64,000 bases of DNA. It comes from Octopus sinensis (Eukaryota). Location: the NCBI RefSeq assembly GCF_006345805.1, contig NC_043017.1:124001-188000 (forward strand), given 5' to 3'. Shown here one piece after another: positions 38,728 through 51,695 of this stretch (positions within the stretch are counted from its first letter, which is position 1; the number at the start of each line of letters is the position of its first letter). Position numbers and translations under genes: made by a program. The notes below the pieces were generated by a model. It was not told where the DNA came from. It made no database searches and saw only the letters and a program-made list of their open reading frames with translations.

Positions 38728-41700
38728 GATAGAGCAAGAGAGGATGAGAGAGAGGGAAAGAGAGATGATGAGAGCAACAGAGGATGAGAGAGAGGGAGGA
38801 TGAGAGTGAGAGAGGATGAGAGAGAGGGAAAGAGAGATGATGAGAGTGAGAGAGGATGAGAGAGGGAAAGAGAGAGGATGAGAGTGAGAGAGGATGAGAG
38901 AGAGGGAAAGAGAGAGGATGAGAGTGAGAGAGGATGAGAGAGAGGGAAAGAGAGAGGATGAGAGTGAGAGAGGATGAGAGAGGGAAAGAGAGAGGATGAG
39001 AGAGAGGGAAAGAGAGAGGATGAGAGAGAGAGAGGATGAGAGTGAGAGAGATGAGAGTGAGAGAGGATGAGAGTGAGAGAGGATGAGAGTGAGAGAGGAT
39101 GAGAGCGAGAGAGGATGAGAGCGAGAGAGGATGAGAGAGAGGGAAAGAGAGATGATGAGAGTGAGAGAGGATGTGAGAGAGGGAAAGAGAGTATGAGAGT
39201 GAGAGAGGATGAGAGAGAGGGAAAGAGAGGATGAGAGCGAGAGAGGATGAGAGAGAGGGAAAGAGAGGGAAAGAGAGATGATGAGAGTGAGAGAGGATGA
39301 GAGAGAGGGAAAGAGAGATGATGAGAGTGAGAGAGGATGAGAGAGAGGGAAAGAGAGATGATGAGAGCGAGAGAGGATGAGAGAGAGGGAAAGAGAGATG
39401 ATGAGAGTGAGAGAGGATGTGAGAGAGAGAGGATGTGAGAGAGGGAAAGAGAGAGGATGAGAGAGAGGGAAAGAGAGATGATGAGAGTGAGAGAGGATGA
39501 GAGAGAGGGAAAGAGAGAGGATGAGAGTGAGAGAGGATGAGAGAGAGGGAAAGAGAGATGATGAGAGTGAGAGAGGATGAGAGAGAGGGAAAGAGAGAGG
39601 ATGAGAGTGAGAGAGGATGAGAGAGAGGGAAAGAGAGATGATGAGAGTGAGAGAGGATGAGAGAGAGGGAAAGAGAGAGGATGAGAGTGAGAGAGGATGA
39701 GAGAGAGAGAAAGAGAGAGGATGAGCGAGAGAGGATGAGAGAGAGGAAAGAGAGAGGATGAGAGCGAGAGAGGATGAGAGAGGAGGGAAAGAGAGAGATG
39801 AGAGCGAGAGAGGATGAGAGAGAGAAAGAGAGAGGATGAGAAGCGAGAGAGATGAGAGAGAGGGAAAGAGAGAGATGAGAGCGAGAGAGAGGATGAGATG
39901 AGAGAGAGGGAAGAGAGATGATGAGAGTGAGAGAGGATGAGAGAGAGGAAAGAGAGAGATGAGGGAAGAGAGAGGATGAGAGTGAGAGAGGATGAGAGTG
40001 AGAGAGATGAGAGAGAGAGGGAAAGAGAGAGGATGAGAGCGAGAGAGGATGAGAGAGAGAGGGAAAGAGAGAGGATGAGAGCGAGAGAGGATAGAGAGAG
40101 GGAAAGAGAGATGATGAGAGCGAGAGAGGATGAGAGAGAGGGAAAGAGAGAGGATGAGAGCGAGAGAGGATGAGAGAGAGGGAAAGAGCGAGAGAGGATG
40201 AGAGAGAGGGAAAGAGCGAGAGAGGATGAGAGAGAGGGAAAGAGAGAGGATGAGAAGCGAGAGAGGATGAGAGTGAGGAGGATGAGAGAGAGGAAAGAGA
40301 GAGGATGAGAGTGGAGAGAGGATGAAGAGAGGGAAAGAGAGAGGATGAGAGTGAGAGAGGATGAGAGTGAGAGAGGATGAGAGAGAGGGAAAAGAGAGGA
40401 TGAGAGCGAGAGAGGAGAGAGAGAGGGAAAGAGAGAGGAAGAGAGAGGATGAGAGTGAGAGAGATGAGAGTGAGAGAGGATGAGAGAGAGGGAAAGAGAG
40501 AGGAGATGAGAGAGGATGAAGAGTGAGAGAGGATGAGAGAGAGGGAAAAGAGAGGAGGATGAGAGCGAGAGAGGATGAGAGAGAGGGAAAGAGAGAGGAT
40601 GAGAGCGAGAGAGGATGAGAGAGAGGGAAAGAGAGAGGATGAGAGTGAGAGAGGATGAGAGAGAGGGAAAGAGAGAGGATGAGAGTGAGAGAGGATGAGA
40701 GTGAGAGAGGATGAGAGAGAGGGAAAGAGAGAGGATGAGAGCGAGAGAGAGGATGAGAGAGAGGGAAAGAGAGAGGATGAGAGCGAGAGAGGATGAGAGA
40801 GAGGGAAAGAGAGAGGATGAGAGTGAGAGAGGATGAGAGAGAGGGAAAGAGAGAGGATGAGAGTGAGAGAGAGAGAGTGAGAGAGGATGAGAGGAGGGAA
40901 AGAGAGAGGATGAGAGCGAGAGAGGATGAGAGAGAGGGAAGAGAGATGATGAGAGCGAGAGAGGATAGAGAGAGGGAAAGAGAGAGATGAGAGCGAGAGA
41001 GGATGAGAGAGAGGGAAAGAGAGAGGATGAGAGCGAGAGGGATGAGAGGATGAGAGAGAGGGAAAGAAAGAGAGGATGAGAGCGAGAGAGGATGAGAGAG
41101 AGGGAAAGAGAGATGATGAGAGCGAGAGAGGATGAGAGAGAGGAAGAGAGAGGATGAGAGCGAGAGGATGAGAGGAGGGAAAGAGAGAGGATGAGAGTGA
41201 GAGAGGATGAGAGAGAGGGAAAGAAGAGGATGAGAGAGAGGGAAAGAGAGAGGATGAGAGTGAGAGAGGATGAGAGAGAGGGAAAAGAGAGTGAGAGAGA
41301 TGAGAGAGAGGGAAGAGAGAGGGAAGAGAGAGGGAAAAGAGAGGGAAAGAGAGAGGATGAGAGTGAGAGAGGATGAGAGAGAGGGAAAGAGAGAGGAGAG
41401 AGAGGATGAGAGTGAGAGAGGATGAGAAGAGGGAAAGAGAGATGATGAGAGTGGAGAGGATGAGAGAGAGAGGGAAAAGAGAGGATGAGAGAGAGGATGA
41501 GAGAGGATGAGAGAGAGGGAAGAGAGATGATGAGAGTGAGAGAGGATGAGAGAGAGGAAAGAGAGATGATGAGTGAGAGAGGATGAGAGAGAGGGAAAGA
41601 GAGATGATGAAGTGAGAGAGGATGAGAGAGAGGAAAGAGAGATGATGAGAGTGAGAGAGGATGAGAGAGGGAAAGAGAGATGATGAGAGTGAGAGAGGAT

Positions 41701-43213
41701 GAGAGAGAGGGAAAGAGAGATGATGAGATCGAGAGAGGAGATGAGAGAGAGGGAAAGAGAGATGATGAGATCGAGAGAGGATGAGAGAGAGGGAAAGAGA
41801 GATGATGAGAGCGAGAGAGGATGAGAGAGAGGGAAAGAGAGATGATGAGAGTGAGAGAGGATGAGAGAGAGGGAAAGAGAGATGATGAGAGTGAGAGAGG
41901 ATGAGAGAGAGGGAAAGAGAGATGATGAGAGCGAGAGAGGATGAGATAGAGGGAAAGAGAGATGATGAGAGTGAGAGAGGATGTGGAGAGGGAAAGAGAG
42001 ATGATGAGAGCGAGAGAGGATGAGATAGAGGGAAAGAGAGATGATGAGAGTGAGAGAGGATGTGAGAGAGGGAAAGAGAGATGATGAGAGTGAGAGAGGA
42101 TGTGAGAGAGGGAAAGAGAGAGGATGAGAGCAAGAGAGGATGAGAGAGAGGAAAAGAGAGATGATGAGAGTGAGAGAGGATGAGAGAGAGGGAAAGAGAG
42201 AGGGAAAGAGAGAGGATGAGAGTGAGAGAGGATGAGAGAGAGGGAAAGAGAGATGATGAGAGTGAGAGAGAATGAGAGAGAGGGAAAGAGAGTTGATGAG
42301 AGTGAGAGAGGATGAGAGAGAGGGAAAGAGAGAGGATGAGAGCAAGAGAGGATGAGAGAGAGGGAAAGAGAGAGGATGAGAGTGAGAGAGGATGAGAGAG
42401 AGGGAAAGAGAGATGATGAGAGTGAGAGAGGATGAGAGAGAGGGAAAGAGAGATGATGAGAGTGAGAGAGGATGAGAGAGAGGGAAAGAGAGATGATGAG
42501 AGTGAGAGAGGATGAGAGAGAGGGAAAGAGAGATGATGAGAGTGAGAGAGGATGAGAGAGAGGGAAAGAGAGAGGATGAGAGTGAGAGAGGATGAGAGAG
42601 AGGGAAAGAGAGAGGGTGAGAGAGGATGAGAGAGAGGGAAAGAGAGAGGGTGAGAGAGGGTGAGAGAGAGGGAAAGAGAGAGGATGAGAGCAAGAGAGGA
42701 TGAGAGCAAGAGAGGATGAGAGCAAGAGAGGATGAGAGAGAGGGAAAGAGAGATGATGAGAGTGAGAGAGGATGAGAGAGAGGGAAAGAGAGAGGATGAG
42801 AGCAAGAGAGGATGAGAGAGAGGGAAAGAGAGAGGATGAGAGTGAGAGAGGATGAGAGAGAGGGAAAGAGAGATGATGAGAGTGAGAGAGGATGAGAGAG
42901 AGGGAAAGAGAGAGGATGAGAGTGAGAGAGGATGAGAGAGAGGGAAAGAGAGATGATGAGAGTGAGAGAGGTTGAGAGAGAGGGAAAGAGAGAGGATGAG
43001 AGCAAGAGAGGATGAGAGAGAGGGAAAGAGAGAGGATGAGAGCAAGAGAGGATGAGAGAGAGGGAAAGAGATAGGATGAGAGCAAGAGAGGATGTGAGAG
43101 AGGGAAAGAGAGAGGATGAGAGCAAGAGAGGATGTGAGAGAGGGAAAGAGAGAGGATGAGAGCAAGAGAGGATGAGAGAGAGGGAAAGAGAGAGGATGAG
43201 AGTGAGAGAGGAT
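38728..43213. repeat. 4.5-kb purine-rich minisatellite, 40-bp unit AGGGAAAGAGAGA(G/T)GATGAGAG(TG/CA/CG)AGAGAGGATGAGAGAG
   Basis: An exact 40-nt period is visible at 42241-42600; the unit is itself built from GAT-GAGAG subunits. Confidence 0.95.
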
Positions 43214-43739
43214 AACACATGCATCGGTTGTATTTCCTACATGTGATGGCAGAAAAAAACAGGAAAATAGGTGGGATGGTCGTGGCTGGACTATCTTCGA
43301 TCATTGGTCAGTTTGATCTGAGATATCCTGGAGTTAAACAACAGTAGCAAACAACTGCAGCAATAAAAATGAGAACAATGACAAGAACAGCAGCAATAAC
43401 AACAGCAACAACATAAAAGACCAATAACAACAACAATACTACAATAATATCAACAGCACATACAATGACTGCAACGATAACAACAACAATACTGATAGCA
43501 GTAACAATAATAATAATAATAACAACATTATGAATATAATGACAACAATAACAACACCCACACATATAGTAATGCAAACGGTAATAACAAAGACTGCAAC
43601 GAGAACAGCAACAAGAACAACAGATATAATACCATCAACAAGAGAAATCAATAACAACAACAACTACAATATTAATAACAATAAGAGTGAAGCACAGTTT
43701 TAATATTTGATTATTTTAAATAAGGAAACAAAAGAATTG

Positions 43740-44335
43740 TCATAGAGAGAGAGAGAGAGATACAAGTGAAAGGAGAAAGTGAGAGAAGTGAAAGGAGAAA
43801 GAGAGGGTAGGGAGAGAAAGAGAGGGTAAGGAGAGAAAGAGAGAAATGGTGAGAGAGTGAGAGAAGAGAGAGAGTAAGAGGAGAAAGAGAGCAAGGAATG
43901 AAAGGAGAAAGAGAGCGAAGAATGAAAGGAGAAAGAGAGAGAGGGTCAGTGAAAAAGAGAAAGAAATGATAGAGGAAAGAGAGAGAAAGAGGAGAAAGAG
44001 AGAAAGAAGAGGAGAAAGAGGGAAAAAGGAGGGTAAGAAGACAAAGAGAGTGAGAAGTGAAAGGAAAAAGAGAGTGAGGGTAAGAGGAGAAAGAGAGAGA
44101 GAGGGTAAGAAGAGAAAGAGAGAGATAGAAGGGGAAAGAGGAGAGGATGATAAAGAGAGTGAAAGAGGGAAGATATATAATAAACAGACTGAGGAAATGA
44201 AAAAGAAAGTGAGAAATTAAAAGTGAGAGAGAGAGAAAAAGTGAGAAAGAAAGAGAGAGGATGAGAGAGAGAGAAAGGATGAAAGGGAGAGATATGTGAA
44301 AGAAAGAGAGGAGAGTGTGATAGAAGTGAAACAAA
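43740..44335. repeat. Degenerate (GA)-rich low-complexity tract
   Basis: Direct inspection. Confidence 0.8.
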
Positions 44336-44480
44336 ACAAGGTAAAAAGAACCAAGTTGGTAATTAGATAGAAAAAAATGAAACATTAGGACAAAAAAATA
44401 TTTTAAAAAAAACTTTCAGAAAACAAAAACCACTTCCATCACCACCACCACCACCACCAATAATAATAATAATAATAATA

Positions 44481-44519
<39 letters not shown>

Positions 44520-44974
44520 TGATAATAAACAATCTGAGACAGAAATGAAATGAGATGGAAAAATAATGAATTAGAGAAGAAAAATGAAATGTAATTTAAA
44601 GGAAAACATAATTAAAATTTGTTTCTTTGCATCTTTTATTTTATTCTTTATATAGCATGTATGTAAAGGATGCCTTTTTTTTATACTTGGCATTCATTTC
44701 CCTTGGTATTATGTTGCTTGTTTTCCAAATAACGCAATTAGTAGTGGTGGCCATATAGAAAAGAATGAGATGACATGTCATATCTATAAAAGTTAAAATA
44801 TATTCTATGTTTAAATTCTTCTTTTCTTCTGCTTCCTGTGTGTTGTTTTTGTTTTGTTTTTCTGCTTCATTGTTATGAGCACAGGCATGGCTGTGTGGTT
44901 AAGAAGCTTGCTTTGCAGCCATGTGATTTTGGGTTCAGTCCCACTGTGTGGAACTTTGGGCAAGTGTCTTTTAC

Positions 44975-45212
44975 TATATATTTCTTTATTGCCCATAGGG
45001 GGCTAAAACATAGAGGGGACAAATAAGGACAGACAAAGGGATTAGGTTGATTACATCGACCCCAGTGCGTAACTGGTACTTATTTAATCGACCCTGAAAA
45101 GATGAAAGGCAAAGTCGACTTTGGCAGAATTTGAACTCAGAATGTAATGGTAGACGAAATACCACTAAGCATTTCGCCTGGCGTGCTAATAATTCTACCA
45201 GCTCGCTGCCCT
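44975..45212 (-). mobile_element. SINE family 2, Tx1-like-tail subfamily, inserted in a family 1 SINE
   Basis: tatttctttattgcccatagggggctaaa tail. The host SINE head is at 44882-44975 and the host continues after 45212. Confidence 0.8.
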
Positions 45213-45800
45213 ACCTATAGCATCCTTTGAGGCTATTCACTCTTTTCAGTGATGGAAACTGTGTGGAAGCCTGTTGTGCTTGCGTGCATATATATATGCG
45301 TGTGTGTTTGTGTCTTCCCATCACCTCTTGACAAGTGATGTTGTTACAACCCTGTAACTTAGCAGTTCAGTAATAGAATGAGTACCGGGTTTAAGAAAAT
45401 AAGTATTGGGAGTTCAATTTCTTCAACTAAAACCCTTCAAGGCAATGCTCCAGCATGGCCAAAGTCTAATGAGTGAAACAAGTAAAAGACAAAAAGATAA
45501 TTAAATAAAGTTTGTCTGTGGTCATCATTATGTTTTATATTTTGTAAATGATCTTTTGGTCGAATTTCAAAATGACTTCTGCTAATGGAAAGGGGGGGGG
45601 CAGAGAGAAAGAAGGGAGGGGAAGTAGTCATTCATCATGTTGGTAGTTGTACTAATGTAAACAGATATCTCTTCAAACTTTTAATTAAACATACAAAAAG
45701 TTCAGATAGATATATGCATTGTTGTACAACAAACACTACAACAAAAACAATAGGAACAATGTAACCAAACAGAAAATTTACACACTAATCTATACAGGTA

Positions 45801-46105
45801 GAGGCACATGGCCTAGTGGTTAGAGCAGTGGACTCGTGGTCGAGGGATCATGGGTTCGAATCTCAGACTGGGCGATGTGTGTGTTTATGAGCGAAACACC
45901 TAAGCTCCACATGGCTCTGGCAGAAGGTAATGCCGAACTTCTGCTGACTCTTTCGCCACAACTTTTTCTCATTCTTTCCTCCTGCATCTTGCAGATCACC
46001 TGTGACAGACTGGCGTCCCATCCAGGTGGGGAACCTATATGCCAAGGAAACCAGGAAACCAGCCCTTATGAGACAGGCATGGCTCGAGAAGGAACAAACA
46101 AACAA
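45801..46105 (+). mobile_element. Full-length tRNA-derived SINE (family 3 related)
   Basis: A box tggcctagtggtta, B box gggttcgaatct, central ctgtgacagactggcgtcccatccagg and (ACAA)n tail. Confidence 0.8.
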
Positions 46106-46750
46106 TCTATACAAAGTAGAGAAAAGTTTAGGTGGAAACGTTAGAAATATTAAGTTTTGGCAGCAGTTTTAGTACCATTGCAGTAGTTTTTATACCATTG
46201 CTAGCTAAAAAGAACTATTTAGTTTAGATCAAATCATGGAAAAGGAAAAGACATGGGAGACGTGTATTACAAAAAGCAGTACCTCCTTGCTTTTGGGATA
46301 CAATGGGGAATTGTCTTCTTATGCCCACGAAAGAATAGTTGATAGAAGCTCTGTCTGATATATAGAATGATGTCATTTCTAATAAATGAAGTAGGGTCCC
46401 AGTTGTGAAGACTAAGGAAAAGGGAAGGCAACAGTTGGTGCATTATATACCTGCACTCAACTTTGTGCCTTGGTATGCGAACTGGCAGAAAACAAAGGTC
46501 ACAACTATGGACTTTTATAATAATGATATTGGGCCTATGAGTCATAGTTAGCTTTGTAGCATAGATTGGACAGGTTGTGAGTGTAATGAAACAAGTCTGA
46601 GTGTCATGTTTTAAATAGGCCTAACTATGGAATAAAATTAGAGACATAATAAAACAAGTTATGCTTCAAAACAAAGTCAATCATAGAACGAAATCAAGAT
46701 ACAATCAAAATGTTTCACACAATGAAAGGAGTTTGAGTGTTATGCTTTAA

Positions 46751-46971
46751 CCCTTTAGCATTTAAACCGGCCATATCTGGCCAAAAGTATTCTGCCTGTT
46801 TTATGTTCAAACTGGCCAGATCTGGTCTCTCACACCAACCCTACAATATTGTTTTAAAAATTAACAGCTACCTCATCAAAATCTCATAGCTACAAGATAA
46901 TGCATGATTAGTTCAAAACAATTTGGATAAAATAGCATTAATTTTGGCAGAATAATGTGAACACTAAAGGG
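46751..46971. mobile_element. piggyBac-like MITE
   Basis: TTAA TSDs at 46747-46750 and 46972-46975; TIRs ccctttag / ctaaaggg. Confidence 0.8.
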
Positions 46972-48409
46972 TTAAAGAAGCTTAAGTATGGAATAGAAAG
47001 GAAGACAATCAAAATATTTCACAGAATAAAACAAGATTGAGAGTTATGCTTTAAACAAACTCAACCATGGAACAAAATCAGAAAGACACTCAAAATGTTC
47101 CACAAAGAAATTTAAGATCTACACTTTAAATAAACTCAAGTATAGGGATGAAATTATACACAAAATTGAAATTTTTAAAATGAAATACATTTATAAAAAT
47201 TTATGAAATATATGCATAACAAAAATGGAATTTATCAAATATTTATAAAATGATTAAATGTAGAAGATGTGTATTAGTTATTCAAAAATACACGAAGACA
47301 CTCCATTTAAACATTTTTTTTATTTAGTGTCAAAATGTTCACTGCTCCAGCTGCAACCCAGTTACTGACACTGTTCTGCCGTAACAGAGTTGTCTATGAG
47401 CAGTTTGCTTTTAAGTGAAGCTAACAGTGATTGTGCATTTGTCAATGGTTAATATGTATTTCTTAGAAGACAGAAAGCTAGTAGAATCACTAGCATGCAG
47501 GGGCAACATGTTCAGCAGCATTTCATCTGCTTTTACATTCTGAGTTCAAATTCCACTGAGGTCAAATTTGCTCTTTTATTTTTTCAGGGTTGATAAAATA
47601 AGTACCAGTTGAGCACTCGGGTCAAGCTTATCAACTTATCCCCTCCCCCAAAGTGCTGGGCTTGTGCCAAAATTTGAAACCAAAACGTGTTTCCCATGCT
47701 GTAATTGTTCTAGTTTCAAATGACGGCCTCATATAAGAGGGGTTTGCTTGGCAAGTACATACTTTCATTTGCTCATCAAGTCAGTATTATATTTTATTTT
47801 TTTTTTTTAGTTTGCTTATTTCTTGATATGAACTTCTGTATTGGAAAAGATTTTGTTGTATCTTAGTAGGGTCATTATGCCAACAATAAACAACCACACT
47901 GGTTCAATTTCACTTCCTTAATATTATTCACACTGGGGTTAATGCAATTGGCTAGCCACCTTCTCCCAAAATTTCAGGCCTAGTGCCTATAGTAGAGAGG
48001 ATTATTATCATCATTTTTATCATTATTATTATTAACATGGTGAGTGACAGAATCATTAGCACGCCGGACGAAATGCTTAGTGATACTTCATCTCTAGCTA
48101 TGTTCTGAGTTCAAATTCCTCTGTGGTTGACTTTCCCTTCTATCCTTTCGGGGTCTATAAATTAAGTACCAGTGAAACTCCAGGGTTGATGTAGTTGACT
48201 AGTCCCCTCACCCATAATTTCAGACCGCATTATTTTGCCTGTTACTACATTCTGAGTTCAAATTCCACTGAGGTTGACTTTGCCTTTCATCCTTTCAGGT
48301 CAATAAAACAAGTAACAGTTAAAGACTGGGGTCAATGTAATCGACTCATCCCCCCTCCCGCAAAACTGTTGCCCTGGCGGAAAAATATCAAACCATTATT
48401 ATTATTACT

Positions 48410-48790
48410 CTTTACTCTTTTACTTGTTTCTGTCATTTGACTGCAGCCATGCTGGAGCACCGCCTTTATTCGACCAAATCGACCCCAGGACTTATTCTTT
48501 GTAAGCCTAGTACTTATTCTATCAGTCTCTTTTGCTGAACTGCCAAGTTACGGGGATGTAAACACACCAGCACTGGTTGTCAAGCGATGTTGGGGGGGAG
48601 GGACAAACACAGATACACAAACATATACACACACATACATATGTATATACATATATATGACAGGCTTCTTTCAGTTTCCGTCTACCAAATCCACTCACAA
48701 GGCTTTGTTCAGCCCGAGGCTATAGTAGAAGACACTTGCCCAAGGTGCCACACAGTGGGACTGAACCTGGAACCATGTGGCTGGTAAGCT
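48410..48790 (-). mobile_element. SINE family 1 copy
   Basis: Family blocks as above. Confidence 0.8.
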
Positions 48791-49739
48791 TGAGAAGACA
48801 TGCTAAGCTAAGTGAAATTGCAGCTTCAGCCAGTGCCAGTGACATGCAAAAGACACCTGAACCAGTGACATGTAAAAGGCACCCTGTACACTCCATAGAG
48901 TGGTTGGCATCAGGGAGGGCATCCAGCCGTAGAAACCAAGCTAAAACAGACCAGAGCCTGATGCCTCTGGCTTACCAGTTCCAATCAAACTACCAGCATG
49001 GAACAGAGATGTTAAATGAAATGATGAAATGATGAAATTATTATTATTATCATTTAACCATCAAACTAATCAATTGTTTCATTCATTTGGTTAATCAATC
49101 AATAAGTTCTTTTGCTGCCATTCCCAATCTCTACAGCACCATGCCCTTTCTACTCCAGGTCAGCTTCAGGTCTGACTTGACACAAATAACAGTGAAGAAG
49201 AGAAACTGAACCTGACCACGTGTTTATAATTAGCATAATGACCCTCCCAAGATACAATATTATTATATAACTACAACAAAAGTATAAAGAAGAATCTTGT
49301 AGGTTTGCCAGTTCCTTTGAATCAGAAAAGATGGCACTACAGATGAAAGCCAATCACACACAATACTTACAAACAAACGAATGACGGAATTATTGCTATT
49401 GTTGAAGAATTAAGTGTAAACCCATGGTGAAGATAATCAGGGTAGACATTACATAAAATGACCGCTCACAATTTAATGGTCTCGGTTTTATTTTTCTTCA
49501 CTTTTTCTTTCAGGAAATATTTTTTTCATGTTTTTCCTATGTCTCTGTCAGAATATATTTATTGAAAAAAGAATGTTTCAGGTTGAATGAATTGATGTTA
49601 CAACAGACTGATGAATGGACCAGTCTACCGGAATGGATAATGGATGAGCGACTTGTTGATAAGAAATAACTACATCTTACACGCCTATAATTTCAACAAT
49701 ACCAAGACCAACTTAACGATCCGTACATTCTAAGACTGA

Positions 49740-49771
<32 letters not shown>

Positions 49772-50189
49772 GTATGTGTGTGTAAATACATAATATATAA
49801 ATATATAAGAATGCATATATACACACACGTACATATATACTCACAAACGTAATCCGTGTTGGCATGGATTGGAGAAGCTGTTTCAGTACAATGCCTTCCC
49901 ACCCGGTGTGGCCCTTTGTTATTTGATGTGCACAACAACAAAGAGAATATGGACACTGATATTTGCATGTAAATATATATTTGCATCTGTATTTGTGCAC
50001 ACACACACAAACACACAGATGCAGGATCGGTTGTCTGGTAACAAGTTCACTTCCTAACTACAGTGTTCCAGGTTCAGTCCCTCTGTATGACAACTTGGGC
50101 AAGTATCTTCTACTATTATTGCCTCAAGCCAACCAAAGCCTTACAAGTGGATTTTAGATAGAAAGTTAAAGTCGATTGTATTTATACAT

Positions 50190-50670
50190 CATCCCCATCG
50201 TTTAACATCTGCTTTCCATGCTAGCATGAGTTGGATGATTTGACTGAGGCCTGGCGAACCAGATGGCTGCACCAGGCTCCAATCTTGATCTCGCAGAGTT
50301 TCTACAGCTGGATGCCCTTCCTAACGCCAACCACTCTGAGAGTGTAGTGGCTGCTTTTATGTGCCACTGGCATGAGGGCCAATCAGACGGTACTGGCAAC
50401 GGCCACATTCAAATGGTGTTTTTTACGTGCCACTTGCACAGGAGCCAGTCCAACGACACTGGCAACAACCTCGTTCGAATGTTTTTTTCACGTGCCACTG
50501 GTACAAGTGCCAGTAAGGCGATGCTAGTAATGATCATACTTGAATGGTGCTTTTTACGTGCCACTGGCACGGCAGCTGGTTAGCTGCTCAGGCAACGATC
50601 ATGCTTGGATGGTGCTCTTAGCACTCCACTAGTACAGATGCCAGTCATCGAATTCGAATTCGATTTCACT
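50190..50670 (-). mobile_element. RTE 3'UTR fragment with diverged ~60-bp units
   Basis: (CAT) tail at about 50187-50200; ggatgcccttcctaacgccaacc; repeated ttttacgtgccac. Confidence 0.75.
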
Positions 50671-50708
50671 TGCCTCAGTTTTTGTGAAGTATTGTGAGGT
50701 ATAACTTT

Positions 50709-50993
50709 AAAGAATGTTGCTGTGTAAAGGTGAAACAATGCATGAAAATACAAAGTAAACTACAAGATGTAAAGAAAACAGAACAAAGCTGCAGTTTAAC
50801 CTTGTATTTCTATATTTCCAGGGTGAGCAACAAACTTTCTCTGACCACCACTTTTCTAAATGTCCTGAAGAAGAGGTCTCCATCCCAAAATATAGAAATA
50901 CAAGGTTAAACTGCAACTTTCTCCTGTTTTCTTTCCATTTTGTAGTTTACTTTCTACCTTTGTGCATTGTTCCAGCTTTACACAACATTCTTT
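50709..50993. repeat. Inverted repeat (about 108-bp arms, 70-bp spacer)
   Basis: 50709-50817 is the reverse complement of 50888-50993; the innermost tgcagtttaaccttgtatttctatattt is perfectly matched. Confidence 0.85.
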
Positions 50994-51010
50994 CAATTGC
51001 AATCATCACT

Positions 51011-51264
51011 AATTGAAACTGGGGTTGCTGAGAGCACCTATATTGCAAGAGAGTTAAAACCCTTAAAACTGCATGAGCAAAGCTAGAAACACCGAACTGG
51101 CTTCATCCCTTCCTTTAGGACTCATCAACGATGTCACTCCATCGATTTGATGGAACAGCTGGACCCCACTAGCAGTAGATACAAATGTGCTTTTCACGCA
51201 GCTTGAAGAGTTTTAACCCTTATTCCTTGCAATATAAGTGTTCTCAGCATCCTCAGTCACAATT
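51011..51264. repeat. Inverted repeat (about 70-bp arms) enclosing a degenerate hammerhead-like motif
   Basis: aattgaaactggggttgctgagagcacctatattgcaag versus cttgcaatataagtgttctcagcatcctcagtcacaatt. Confidence 0.75.
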
Positions 51265-51656
51265 GTTTTGTTTGTTTGTTGTTGTTTGTTCATTCTTGGC
51301 TCATAAGGGCTGGTTTCTTGGTTTCATTGGCATATAGGGTCCTCACCTGGATGAAACATTGATCTGTCACAGGTGAGCTGCTAGATGCAGGAGAGGAGGA
51401 AAGAGTGAGAGAAAGTGTCAGCAGAAGTTCACCACCACCTTCTGGCCATGTGTCATGTGGGGCTTAGGTGTTTTGCTCATAAACACACACATCACCTGGT
51501 CTGCGATTCGAATCCGTGATCCCTCAACTGCGAGTCTGCAGTTTGAAAAACTAAGTCATGTGCCTCCACCAGCCACAATTAGGGGTGATTAATTTTTTCC
51601 TATATAGTTTTATATTGCGCCTATCAGCTTTTATCATTATATATATATATATATAT

Positions 51657-51695
<39 letters not shown>

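Noticed and set aside
38457-43304. Three overlapping 1,482-1,615 aa Ser/Leu/His-rich ORFs
   Set aside because: All three minus frames are open only because the pyrimidine strand of the minisatellite almost cannot form TAA/TAG/TGA. Indels in the array shift frames freely, so there is no sign of coding constraint.
45801-45875. tRNA gene candidates (A and B boxes) here and at other SINE heads
   Set aside because: No complete cloverleaf, and each continues into a SINE body.
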